From Bacteroidota bacterium (GTDB taxonomy: Bacteria > Bacteroidota > Bacteroidia > Palsa-965): DNA of 64,000 nt. Positions 48,508 through 57,659 of the stretch are shown here, piece by piece. The notes beneath the pieces were generated by a model, which was given only the letters and a program-made list of their open reading frames with translations, did no database searches and had not been told where the DNA came from. The stretch lies in assembly GCA_031412295.1 (NCBI GenBank), contig JANOCU010000032.1:66956-130955 (forward strand), read 5' to 3'. The translations under genes were made by a program, and so were the position numbers. How positions within the stretch are numbered: position 1 is the stretch's first letter; each line of letters opens with the position of its first letter.

Positions 48508-49886
48508 TAGCACAACGCCTTTATTATATCATGCCGCGTAATAATAAAATTCGAATCCGTTTTAAAATCCCTCACCAGCACAGCAGGATTTTCAGGCGTG
48601 ATCATCGACGCGAGCGATTCAACAGGAGTAGAAATATCCACGAATGGAAAAGCCGCCTGCATGATCGTTTCAACAGCATCCGATTTTTTATCCGGATTTT
48701 TCACAAGACTGTCGAACAATTGCATTTCGTTTATCGATCCCACAATTCTTCCGCCGTTTGTTACAGGCATTTGAGAAAAATCATTTTCACGCATTATTTT
48801 CACCGCGCGTTCTATCGGCTCAGTACATTCAATCGCTTTTAAAGTTCCGCCTTTGATCGTCGATACCACATCTTTCGCAGTCTGACCTTTCGGCTCAAAA
48901 AATCCTTTCTCACGCATCCAGTCGTCGTTGAACATTTTTCCAAGGTAACGTGTACCGTGATCATGGAAAATTACAACAGCCAGGTCACCTTCTTTCAGCT
49001 GCGCTGCCAATTGAACAACACCCGCCATTGCAGAACCTGCAGAATTCCCTGCAAAAATTCCTTCTTCTTTCGAAATGCGGCGTGTCATCACAGCAGCATC
49101 TTTATCCGTTACTTTTTCAAACAAATCAATAATGCTGAAGTCAACATTCTGCGGCAAAAAATCTTCCCCGATTCCTTCTGTGATGTAAGGGTAAATTTCA
49201 TTCTTATCGAAAATGCCGGTCTCTTTATATTTTTTGAAAATAGATCCGTACGTATCAATTCCCCAGCATTTAATATTCGGATTTTTCTCTTTCAGATATT
49301 TTCCTGTTCCGCAAATTGTTCCGCCCGTTCCAACGCCAACAATCAAATGCGTAATTTTTCCTTCCGTCTGTTCCCAAATTTCCGGACCCGTTTGCTCATA
49401 ATGCGCCTGCGAATTCGAAAGATTATCATACTGGTTTGGCTTCCACGAATTCGGAACTTCTTTTATCAAACGTGAAGAAACAGAATAATAAGAACGCGGA
49501 TCTTCCGGATCAACGTTGGTCGGACAAACAATTACTTCCGCACCAAAAGCCTTCAGCGCATCCACTTTTTCTTTCGACTGTTTATCAGTAGTAGTAAAAA
49601 TGCATTTGTAACCCTTAATGATCGCCGCAATCGCCAACCCCATTCCTGTATTACCCGAAGTGCCTTCAATAATTGTTCCTCCCGGCTTCAGTCTTCCGTC
49701 CTTTTCAGCATCCTCAATCATCTTGAGCGCCATTCTGTCTTTAATAGAATTACCCGGATTAAAAGTTTCAATCTTGGCGTAAACTTTCGCTTTCGTCAGC
49801 CCTTTGGTAAGGTTATTAATACGCACCAGCGGAGTATTTCCGATTGTACCGAGAACGTTGTCGTAAACTTGTTTGGAAGGATTCAC
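48507..49886 (-). CDS. Cystathionine beta-synthase-like enzyme: PLP-dependent cysteine-synthase fold plus a C-terminal CBS-domain pair
   Basis: 459 aa. The cysK/CBS catalytic core is GNTPLVRINNL...KIETFNPGNSIKDRMALKMIEDAEKDGRLKPGGTIIEGTSGNTGMGLA. C-terminal tandem CBS domains are present. It probably uses a GTG start. Confidence 0.7.
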   Translation of the reverse strand: MNPSKQVYDNVLGTIGNTPLVRINNLTKGLTKAKVYAKIETFNPGNSIKDRMALKMIEDAEKDGRLKPGGTIIEGTSGNTGMGLAIAAIIKGYKCIFTTTDKQSKEKVDALKAFGAEVIVCPTNVDPEDPRSYYSVSSRLIKEVPNSWKPNQYDNLSNSQAHYEQTGPEIWEQTEGKITHLIVGVGTGGTICGTGKYLKEKNPNIKCWGIDTYGSIFKKYKETGIFDKNEIYPYITEGIGEDFLPQNVDFSIIDLFEKVTDKDAAVMTRRISKEEGIFAGNSAGSAMAGVVQLAAQLKEGDLAVVIFHDHGTRYLGKMFNDDWMREKGFFEPKGQTAKDVVSTIKGGTLKAIECTEPIERAVKIMRENDFSQMPVTNGGRIVGSINEMQLFDSLVKNPDKKSDAVETIMQAAFPFVDISTPVESLASMITPENPAVLVRDFKTDSNFIITRHDIIKALC

Positions 49887-49924
49887 TTTTCTTTGGATTT
49901 ATGGAGGCGCAAAGGTAAGGTTTT

Positions 49925-49954
49925 AGTTATGAGTTTGGAGTTATGAGTTCGGAG
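49925..49954. repeat. Direct 15-nt tandem repeat, two copies
   Basis: GTTATGAGTTTGGAG followed by TTATGAGTTCGGAG. Confidence 0.5.
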
Positions 49955-50013
49955 ATTTTAGGGGATGGAACAATGGCTTTTTTCAGAAGCTATTCCTGCT
50001 CTCGGCAGTCGCT

Positions 50014-50068
50014 TTTTTCTTTCATCATTAGGCGAGTTTCTTAAACTCGCCTAATGATGAAAGAAAAA
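50014..50068. repeat. Perfect 26-bp inverted repeat with a 3-nt loop
   Basis: TTTTTCTTTCATCATTAGGCGAGTTT, loop CTT, then AAACTCGCCTAATGATGAAAGAAAAA. It lies between the lolE-like stop and the CBS start. No U tract follows it in either orientation. Confidence 0.8.
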
Positions 50069-50156
50069 GAGCTTCAACAAATGCCTCCATCAGGGCTAAA
50101 GAGGAGAAGTGTCCTTACATCTCCATGCTTCAGCTTGGAGACCCTGGAAGCCAACC

Positions 50157-51392
50157 TCAACTAAACCTAATCGCCTTCACCGGAGAAATCCTCGTCACGA
50201 TCAACGCAGGAAGCAGCAACGCCAACTGGCACAACACCAGCGTCGCCAAATTCAGCAGCAGCACATTTACCCAGTCAATTGCAATCGGAACAGTTTTAAC
50301 GTAATAAGAAACTTCATCCAAATGCACCAGTCCGAATTCATCCTGCAAAAAGCACATGCCTAATCCTAATGCATTTCCTATCAGCAAGCCAAATAAAATA
50401 AGTTTTGAGGCATGCATAAGGAAAATACGGATCACACTTTTGTCAGATGCCCCTAAAGCTTTTATTGTTCCGATCATGTTTGTGCGATCGAGAATTAAAA
50501 TAATAAGCGCGCTTATCATATTGATCATGCTCACAAATAACATCAGCACAATTATGATCACCGCATTCACATCCAGCACATCCAGCCACGAAAAGATTTG
50601 TGGTGTCAATTCTTTTATGCTTTGCGCATTCATTGTAATGTCAATCGTATTATTTACATCTTCCGTTGCTTTATCCAGCGCTTCGTAATTATCCACAAGC
50701 ACTTCAAATCCCGCAACAAGATTCGTATCCCAGTCATTTAATTTCTGCACCTGGCGAATGTCGCACAACAAAAAACGATCGTCAAAACCATCCGTCAATC
50801 CCGTATCGTAAATTCCCGAAACCATAAATGCACGCTGTTTCGTTTCAGATCCGCGCAGAAAAAACATCCTGAATTTTTTTCCCACTTTCAATCCCATCTT
50901 ATCCGCAATGTATCTCGAAACCATAACCTGGTTCGAAACCGTATCCGGCAAATTAAAAACTGCACCTTCTTTTAAGTTCTGCTTAAAAAACGTCCAGTCA
51001 AAATCTTTATCCACGCCTTTCAGCACCACGCCAAGCAATTGATCGCCCGATTTAATAATACCCGGCTTCAACCCGAAAACCTGCACATGCCGCACACCGG
51101 GAAGCTTTTTTACTTCTTCAATTGAAGGCTGATTGCGGTTCATCGAATCCGTTTCAAAAGATTCATTCGTATCAAATCCCATGATCTGGATATGCGATCC
51201 GAATCCTATTACTTTCTGACGAATAGATTTCTGAAACCCGTTCATCACTGCCAGCGTCAGGATCATCACCGCAAGCCCTACTGCAATTCCGCCCACCGCC
51301 ACACGCACAATCGGCCGCGACATACGTCCACCCGCATCCGCCTGGTTAAGCATCCGCCGCGCAATAAGACGTTCGAAATAAAATCGTGACAT
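50157..51392 (-). CDS. lolE: Lipoprotein-releasing system permease of the LolC/LolE family (FtsX-like ABC permease)
   Basis: 411 aa. It has an N-terminal transmembrane helix, a MacB-like periplasmic domain and a C-terminal FtsX 3-TM bundle. MSRFYFERLIARRML...RPIVRVAVGGIAVGLAVMIL. Confidence 0.75.
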   Translation of the reverse strand: MSRFYFERLIARRMLNQADAGGRMSRPIVRVAVGGIAVGLAVMILTLAVMNGFQKSIRQKVIGFGSHIQIMGFDTNESFETDSMNRNQPSIEEVKKLPGVRHVQVFGLKPGIIKSGDQLLGVVLKGVDKDFDWTFFKQNLKEGAVFNLPDTVSNQVMVSRYIADKMGLKVGKKFRMFFLRGSETKQRAFMVSGIYDTGLTDGFDDRFLLCDIRQVQKLNDWDTNLVAGFEVLVDNYEALDKATEDVNNTIDITMNAQSIKELTPQIFSWLDVLDVNAVIIIVLMLFVSMINMISALIILILDRTNMIGTIKALGASDKSVIRIFLMHASKLILFGLLIGNALGLGMCFLQDEFGLVHLDEVSYYVKTVPIAIDWVNVLLLNLATLVLCQLALLLPALIVTRISPVKAIRFS

Positions 51393-51413
51393 TGGCGGTA
51401 AAGATAGTCAATG

Positions 51414-51485
51414 AAAAGGTTGGTGGTAGGTGGTCAAAAAGGTTGGTAGTAGGTGGTCAAAAGGGTTGGTGGTCGGTACAAAAAT
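51414..51485. repeat. Three tandem, roughly 23-bp G/T-rich repeats in a divergent promoter region
   Basis: AAAAGGTTGGTGGTAGGTGGTCAAA, then AAGGTTGGTAGTAGGTGGTCAAA, then GGGTTGGTGGTCGGTACAAAAA. Confidence 0.7.
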
Positions 51486-51540
51486 TTTTTGCACGTTATT
51501 TGCTAATTCAATAACTGACTGACTACTGACTATTGACAAC

Positions 51541-51572
51541 TTTTTTTTCACCACCAACCACCAACCTTTTTT
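51541..51572. repeat. Inverted partner of the 51414..51485 repeats
   Basis: TTTTTTTTCACCACCAACCACCAACCTTTTTT is the reverse complement of AAAAGGTTGGTGGTTGGTGGTGAA. Confidence 0.7.
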
Positions 51573-51589
51573 AGTAATTTCACTCCCCG

Positions 51590-52801
51590 ATGAAATCCTT
51601 CCCGCTCATCCTTCTCTTCACCCTTCTTTTTTCCTTCACAGGGAATTCGCAGATCATTATTCGTACGCAATTGAATGATGAAAAAACAGATGCGGATATT
51701 AAAACCGGAGCTGAACGAACCGAGGTTTATCTGCCATGGCTCGCAGGAAAAAATGTGGCGGTAGTTGCCAATCAAACTTCAATGATCAATTCCACTTCGC
51801 TCGTGGATAGTTTGATCTCACTTAAAGTAAAAGTCAAAAAAATATTTTGCCCTGAACATGGTTTCCGCGGAATGGCAAGTAATGGCGAAGAAATTGGCAA
51901 TGCTGTTGATGCAAAAACAGGTTTACCCATCATTTCCCTTTACGGCGATCATGTAAAACCATTACCACAGGATTTAAAGGGAATCGATATTGTCATTTAC
52001 GATTTGCAGGATGTAGGTGTGCGTTGTTATACTTACATCACAACAATGACCAATGTAATGGAAGCCTGCGCAGAGCAGAAAAAAACATTGATCATTCTCG
52101 ATCGTCCTAATCCGAATGGCTATTATGTAGATGGACCTGTTTTAGAACCGGCGAATAAATCGTTTGTCGGAATTCATCCTGTTCCGCTGGTGTATGGAAT
52201 GACCATTGGCGAATACAGCAAAATGGTGAATGGAGAAAAGTGGCTGGCGAATGGAATTCAGTGCGATCTGAAAGTTGTTACCTGTGATAATTATAATCAC
52301 AATGACTGGTATCAATTGCCGGTTGCACCATCACCGAATTTACCGAATATGGCTTCCGTGTATTTGTATCCATCGCTTTGTCTTTTTGAAGGAACAGTGA
52401 TGAGCGTTGGAAGAGGAACCGATTTGCCTTTCCAGGTGGTCGGACATCCGAAGCTTAAAAATGCGGCGTATCAATTCACACCCGCTTCACGCACCGGCGC
52501 AAAAAAGCCTCCTTACGAAAAACAACTTTGTTACGGCCACGATCTTCATGATTTCGCGTTGCTGTACGTGCGCGATTACAAAGGCGTTTATCTCTACTGG
52601 TTGATGTCGTCTTACAAAGACATGCCGGAGCAGTCAACTTATTTCAATTCTTTTTTCGTGCGCCTTGCCGGAACAAAAACACTACAAGAACAAATCATAG
52701 CCGGACAAACAGAGGAGCAAATAAAAGCCTCCTGGCGCCCCGCCATCATGAAATTCAAACTCATTCGAAAAAAGTATCTTCTCTACAGCGATTTTGAGTA
52801 A
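51590..52801 (+). CDS. namZ: DUF1343-family protein, NamZ-like exo-beta-N-acetylmuramidase
   Basis: 403 aa. It has a signal peptide. The conserved core is GKNVAVVANQTS...FCPEHGFRG...LYGDHVKP...DIVIYDLQDVGVRCYTYI...LDRPNPNG. Confidence 0.65.
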   Translation: MKSFPLILLFTLLFSFTGNSQIIIRTQLNDEKTDADIKTGAERTEVYLPWLAGKNVAVVANQTSMINSTSLVDSLISLKVKVKKIFCPEHGFRGMASNGEEIGNAVDAKTGLPIISLYGDHVKPLPQDLKGIDIVIYDLQDVGVRCYTYITTMTNVMEACAEQKKTLIILDRPNPNGYYVDGPVLEPANKSFVGIHPVPLVYGMTIGEYSKMVNGEKWLANGIQCDLKVVTCDNYNHNDWYQLPVAPSPNLPNMASVYLYPSLCLFEGTVMSVGRGTDLPFQVVGHPKLKNAAYQFTPASRTGAKKPPYEKQLCYGHDLHDFALLYVRDYKGVYLYWLMSSYKDMPEQSTYFNSFFVRLAGTKTLQEQIIAGQTEEQIKASWRPAIMKFKLIRKKYLLYSDFE

Positions 52802-53032
52802 GGAAAAGGAAAATAGGAAATTAAGGGGATAAATAATTAAGAATTGAGAAATTAGGTAAAGAAGTAATTAGACCTTCATCACATTCTATATTTTAGGTTG
52901 CATTTCCCGAATTTCTAATCTTCCAGTTTCGATTTGTTAATTGCCTATAGCTCCCATTTCCCTAATTCCCTAATTTCCCTAGTTTCCCCCTTTTCCCTAC
53001 CTTTGCATCCATACAAAAAACTCAACTCTTTC

Positions 53033-55210
53033 ATGAAAAAACACTTACTCGCATTTTCATTTTTTGCACTATTCGGAAGCTTAAGCCTGAATGCGCAAAT
53101 CGTTTATTCCGAAGATTTCGATGGAATCCCCGGACCAACAGCAGGCGGACCCGGAACATATACCATGGCTCCCGGAATGCTACTTCGCAATGTGGATAAC
53201 CGCACACCTGATGCACAGGTTTCTTATGTGAATGAAGCATGGGAACGTCGTGAAGATTTCAACTTTAACGTTGCTGACTCTTGTGCATTCAGCACTTCAT
53301 GGTATTCACCTGTAGGAGCTGCAAATGATTTTATGTGGACACCGGTGATCGGGCCATTGCCTGCGAATTCGGTGCTTTCATGGAATGCTGTAGCGTACGA
53401 TCCAACATTCCTGGATGGTTATGAAGTTCGTATCATGACTATTGCTCCTACCGGCGGAACAGGTGTGATCGGAAATCAGCTTACCAGCTCAACAGTTATC
53501 TTCTCAACCGCCGCTGAAGCAAGCACATGGACTTCCCATTCCGTAAGTCTTTCTGCGTATGCAGGTCAATCCGTTTACATCGGGTTCCGAAATAATTCGA
53601 ATGATAAATTTTTATTGCTCGTTGATGATATTCTAGTGCAGGTACAAGTGAATTTCGATGCAGAATTGTTGAGTGTGGATTCCATGCAGTACACAATTGA
53701 ACCAACATCGCAACGCACACCAAATACAATTAAAGGTGTTGTCCGCAATAATGGTTCGAGCGCAATTACGAACGTACAATTGGTATTCAGTGTATTTGAC
53801 GGAACAATGACACAGGTGTATACTAACTCCAGCCCTGTGCTTGGTTCACTTGCACCAAATGCTACTTCAACGTTAACTGTTGGTTCTTACACACCACCGG
53901 CCGCAATTGATCTTTATACTTACACTTATACCGTAACTACAAGCAGCACCGACCAGGTTCCTGCAAATAATTCACTTTCAAGGACTCTTATCGTTGACGA
54001 CAGCATATACGCACGCGACGATGGGAATGTTGTAGGATCACTTGGAATCGGTGCAGGAAATGGCGGTTATCTCGGTCAGCAATTCGAAGTAGTAAGCAGC
54101 GCTGATCCGTTGACATCCATTTCTTATTACATGACCCGCGGTTATACAGGTCGTCGTACTGCAGCAGTAGTGTGGGATATGCTTTCAGGAGCACCAAATC
54201 AAATTATTGCTTTCACAGATACAATTCTTTACCAGGATGACTCTGCACGTCTTTACACAATAATGATTGACGGCGGTCCAATGTCATTAACACCGGGCAT
54301 GTATGTAGTAACTGCAATTGAATTTGATTCCACGCTGGCACTCGGACAAACAAATACAATTTTCGTCCCCGGAACAACATGGGTAGACTGGCCGACAAGT
54401 CCGATCACAGGTTGGGCAAACAATGAAGACTTCGGTGCAGGATTCATGAAGCCTTATGTAATTCGTCCGAACTTCGGTGATCCTTGTATCGGCTTCTCTT
54501 CACTTGCAACAAGCACAGATGCAACATGCGGCGCTTGTACAGACGGTTCAGCAACAGTCACACTTACTGAAGGAAGCGCGCCTTTCACATACGCATGGTC
54601 GAGCGGCGGAACTGCTGCAACAGAAAATAATCTTGCAATGGGTTCCTATATTGTAACTGTAACAGATCAGTTCGGTTGCACAACAAGTGATACCGTTGCT
54701 GTTGGAAATGATTGCAGCAGCTACAGCGCTTCTGCTTCTTCAGTTGCCGCGTCATGTGCCGTTTGTGCAGATGGAACAGCAACCGCAACCACAACAAACG
54801 GAACAGGGCCATTCACTTACCTCTGGTCGAACGGCGATACTGCTATGACAGCAGACAGTTTGCTCCCGGGAGTTTACACAGTAACAGTAACTGATGCAGC
54901 AGGATGCAGTTCGGTGGTAACTGTAACAGTAAACTTCACAACTTCTACACATACATTAGGCGTAGCAGGTTCTGTAGGCGTTTTCCCTAATCCATCAGAA
55001 GGAAACTTTACCCTGTTCGTGAATATTCCTTCAGCAGCAGATGTGCAGGTTGAAGTAATAAATTCACTCGGACAAGTTGTTTATGCAAGCGCTCACCTGG
55101 ATTATTCCGGTGGACAGCTTCCGATTTTTATTGAAACACCCGGAATGTACACCGTGAAAATCATGACAGCGGAAGCAATGCGTGCGATTCCTGTATTGAT
55201 TAAAAATTAA
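53033..55210 (+). CDS. Secreted protein with a choice-of-anchor-J-like N-terminal domain, two SprB-type repeats and a T9SS type-A CTD
   Basis: The signal peptide is MKKHLLAFSFFALFGSLSLNAQ. The SprB-like repeats are CGACTDGSATVTLTEGSAPFTYAWSSGG...GSYIVTVTDQFGCTTSD and CAVCADGTATATTTNGTGPFTYLWSNGD...GVYTVTVTDAAGCSS. The C-terminus VFPNPSEGNFTLFVN...GMYTVKIMT is the sorting domain. The start is assigned to the internal Met at 53033. Confidence 0.75.
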   Translation: MKKHLLAFSFFALFGSLSLNAQIVYSEDFDGIPGPTAGGPGTYTMAPGMLLRNVDNRTPDAQVSYVNEAWERREDFNFNVADSCAFSTSWYSPVGAANDFMWTPVIGPLPANSVLSWNAVAYDPTFLDGYEVRIMTIAPTGGTGVIGNQLTSSTVIFSTAAEASTWTSHSVSLSAYAGQSVYIGFRNNSNDKFLLLVDDILVQVQVNFDAELLSVDSMQYTIEPTSQRTPNTIKGVVRNNGSSAITNVQLVFSVFDGTMTQVYTNSSPVLGSLAPNATSTLTVGSYTPPAAIDLYTYTYTVTTSSTDQVPANNSLSRTLIVDDSIYARDDGNVVGSLGIGAGNGGYLGQQFEVVSSADPLTSISYYMTRGYTGRRTAAVVWDMLSGAPNQIIAFTDTILYQDDSARLYTIMIDGGPMSLTPGMYVVTAIEFDSTLALGQTNTIFVPGTTWVDWPTSPITGWANNEDFGAGFMKPYVIRPNFGDPCIGFSSLATSTDATCGACTDGSATVTLTEGSAPFTYAWSSGGTAATENNLAMGSYIVTVTDQFGCTTSDTVAVGNDCSSYSASASSVAASCAVCADGTATATTTNGTGPFTYLWSNGDTAMTADSLLPGVYTVTVTDAAGCSSVVTVTVNFTTSTHTLGVAGSVGVFPNPSEGNFTLFVNIPSAADVQVEVINSLGQVVYASAHLDYSGGQLPIFIETPGMYTVKIMTAEAMRAIPVLIKN

Positions 55211-55228
55211 TTTTCATAAACCCGTAAA

Positions 55229-55262
55229 AAAGAGGCTGGTCAATCGATCAGCCTCTTTTTTT
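55229..55262 (+). terminator. Rho-independent terminator
   Basis: AAGAGGCTG, loop GTCAATCGAT, then CAGCCTCTT followed by TTTTTTT. Confidence 0.75.
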
Positions 55263-55307
55263 GCGCTGTGTTTTTGAGTAACTTGCATTAAAATTCAAAC
55301 ACTCCCG

Positions 55308-56876
55308 ATGTCAAAAAAGTTACTTTTCATTTTCGCCGCATTTTTCCTCATCAAAACCGGGATCGCACAACCAACATGGGCGACAGATGTAGCACCGATT
55401 TTATACCAGCATTGCACCAGTTGCCATAATGCAACCGGCATCGCACCATTTTCACTAATGACCTACGCTGATGCATTTCCGAATGCAGGTGATATGGCGA
55501 ATGATGTTTCACAGCGCATTATGCCACCGTGGCCTCCCGATACAGCCTACACACGCTTTTGTGATGAGCGGATTCTTTCACAGGCAGAAATTCAAACCAT
55601 CGTTGACTGGGCTTCAACAGGCGCTCAACCGGGAAATTTAGCATCTGCTCCAACACCACCAACTTATACAGGAATTGCAGCCATCACTAATCCTGATCTC
55701 GTTGCACAAATTCCACTGTACACCGTAAATACAGCAACAGATCTTTATCGCTGCTTCGTAGTACCAAGTGGAAATGCCAGCACAGAATACATCACAAAGA
55801 TCGAAGTGCTTCCGGGTAACCGCGCAATTGTTCACCACGTTTTGGTGTACCAGGACCAGGCCAACACCTGCGTTAATCTTGATAATGCAGATCCGGCTCC
55901 GGGGTATACAAATTTTGGTGGCGTTGGTTCAAACACAGCAACCCTTGTACTTGGTTGGGTTCCCGGACAGGATATGTATCAGCTTCCGGCTAACATGGGA
56001 ATAAAGCTGGAGGCAAATACAAATTTGATTTTCCAGGTGCATTATCCCGGCGGAACATTCAACCAGGTCGACAGCACACAGGTACGAATGACATTTTCTT
56101 CCGGCTTAGTAAGAAATGTTTCGCTTGCCCCGGTAATCAATCATTCCACATCGCTTACAAATGGTCCGTTGTATATTCCGGCCAACCAGGTGCAAACATT
56201 TTACGCGCAGGAATTTGTCAGCCTTGATGCAACCATTATCAGCATCGCGCCGCACATGCATTTGATCGGTAAGTCAATTACAAATTATGCAGTAACGCCA
56301 TTGGCAGATACAATTCCTTTGATCCAAATCAATGATTGGGATTTTCACTGGCAGGGTTTTTACAATTATCGTCAGCCCGTTCACGTTCCGTATGGCAGCA
56401 CACTTTACGCGCACGCGGTGTATGATAATACCGTAAACAATCCATCTAATCCGAACAATCCACCACAAGCAGTTTGGGAAGGCGAATCCACCACCGATGA
56501 AATGATGATCGTGTATTATGCTTATTTGCCGTACCAGCTCGGTGATGAGAATATTATCATCGATTCAACAGTTGCCGTGCAGGAACACATGTATTCCGAT
56601 TTGATCATCACGCCACAACTTTACGAACCATATCCTGTTCCATCAGCGAATGGAGAAAGTGTAACCGTTTCTTTTTTCCTCCCGAATAAAACAGGAGTGA
56701 AAATCGAAATCGTTGATGTAACAGGAAAAGTGATTGCAGTTCCAATGCAAACCACAGAAACATCTGCAGGCTTCGGAAAAGCACAAATCAACACAACAGG
56801 ATTTGCAAAAGGAACCTACATCGTGAAGCTCACTGCAGACGGAAGTGTAAAAACGAAATCGATTATTGTTCAATAA
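55308..56876 (+). CDS. Secreted fusion of a c-type cytochrome (CxxCH) domain and a copper type II (PHM/DBH-like) monooxygenase, with a T9SS type-A CTD
   Basis: It has a signal peptide. The heme motif is HCTSCHN at aa 35..41. The Cu2-monooxygenase His/Met ligand pattern is VHHVLVY, then about 68 aa to QVHYP, then about 72 aa to APHMHLIG, then about 80 aa to DEMMIVYY. The C-terminus SVTVSFFLPNKTGVKIEIVDVTGKV...GTYIVKLTADG is the sorting domain. Confidence 0.65.
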   Translation: MSKKLLFIFAAFFLIKTGIAQPTWATDVAPILYQHCTSCHNATGIAPFSLMTYADAFPNAGDMANDVSQRIMPPWPPDTAYTRFCDERILSQAEIQTIVDWASTGAQPGNLASAPTPPTYTGIAAITNPDLVAQIPLYTVNTATDLYRCFVVPSGNASTEYITKIEVLPGNRAIVHHVLVYQDQANTCVNLDNADPAPGYTNFGGVGSNTATLVLGWVPGQDMYQLPANMGIKLEANTNLIFQVHYPGGTFNQVDSTQVRMTFSSGLVRNVSLAPVINHSTSLTNGPLYIPANQVQTFYAQEFVSLDATIISIAPHMHLIGKSITNYAVTPLADTIPLIQINDWDFHWQGFYNYRQPVHVPYGSTLYAHAVYDNTVNNPSNPNNPPQAVWEGESTTDEMMIVYYAYLPYQLGDENIIIDSTVAVQEHMYSDLIITPQLYEPYPVPSANGESVTVSFFLPNKTGVKIEIVDVTGKVIAVPMQTTETSAGFGKAQINTTGFAKGTYIVKLTADGSVKTKSIIVQ

Positions 56877-56889
56877 TAAAGTCTTCAGA

Positions 56890-56929
56890 AATAAAGAAAG
56901 CGATTCTGCAAAGGGTCGCTTTCTTTATT
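56890..56929. terminator. Bidirectional hairpin terminator between convergent genes
   Basis: AATAAAGAAAGCG, loop ATTCTGCAAAGGGT, then CGCTTTCTTTATT. Confidence 0.6.
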
Positions 56930-57065
56930 GGAGAGAAGCAGTGGTGCATCGTCATTTATGGCGGGGTAAAACGCCCACACGAAACCGGCTTTAGCCAAAC
57001 TACACCTTAGCATCCACGTCCTTCAAGAAAAGGCAAACGCAAGAGAAAAATCTCCCCAATAAAAT

Positions 57066-57659
57066 TTACTGCTGATTCTGCTGCCTCACCAAATACCTGT
57101 TCAGCTCCCACGTTCCCCACGCACATGCCGAACCAATCAACGCGCCAATCAAAACATCCGTCGGGTAATGCACACCCAAATGCATGCGCGAATAACCAAC
57201 TGTAAACGCCCAGATATAAGCCGGCGCAATCACATACCACTTCGGGTAACACAAACTAACCGAAGTCGCCAGCGCAAACGCAGAAGAAGTATGCCCCGAA
57301 GGAAAAGATTTCGGACCCGCATGCGTATCATGCCTGAAAATATCCGGGTAAGTAACATAAGGCCGCGGACGATTGACAGTGTATTTCAATCCAAGCGTAA
57401 TGCTCACACTCGCAGCAAGCGAAAAACAAACAACAGCAGGTTTCCGGATATCACCATCTTTCCTGAAATATTCGTAAGCCAGCAACCCTGCAGGAATTCC
57501 AATCATCAATGGAGCTACCGTCTGCGAAGTAAACCGCATCGTTCTGTCGATTCGCAAATTTTCAGGACCGTTGATGTTGCGTAAAAGACGGATGTCAGCA
57601 TTCTGCGCGTTTGCTGTCGCGAATAAAAAAGAGAAAAGAAAAAGGAAAAAGGTTTTCAA
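57066..57659 (-). CDS. PAP2-superfamily phosphatase (membrane)
   Basis: 197 aa. KYTVNRPRP, PSGHTS and SRMHLGVHYPTD are the three PAP2 motifs. Confidence 0.75.
   Translation of the reverse strand: MKTFFLFLFSFLFATANAQNADIRLLRNINGPENLRIDRTMRFTSQTVAPLMIGIPAGLLAYEYFRKDGDIRKPAVVCFSLAASVSITLGLKYTVNRPRPYVTYPDIFRHDTHAGPKSFPSGHTSSAFALATSVSLCYPKWYVIAPAYIWAFTVGYSRMHLGVHYPTDVLIGALIGSACAWGTWELNRYLVRQQNQQ

Noticed and set aside
52934-53032. The 33-codon N-terminal extension of the 52934..55210 ORF
   Set aside because: The signal peptide MKKHLLAFSFFALF starts at the internal Met at 53033.
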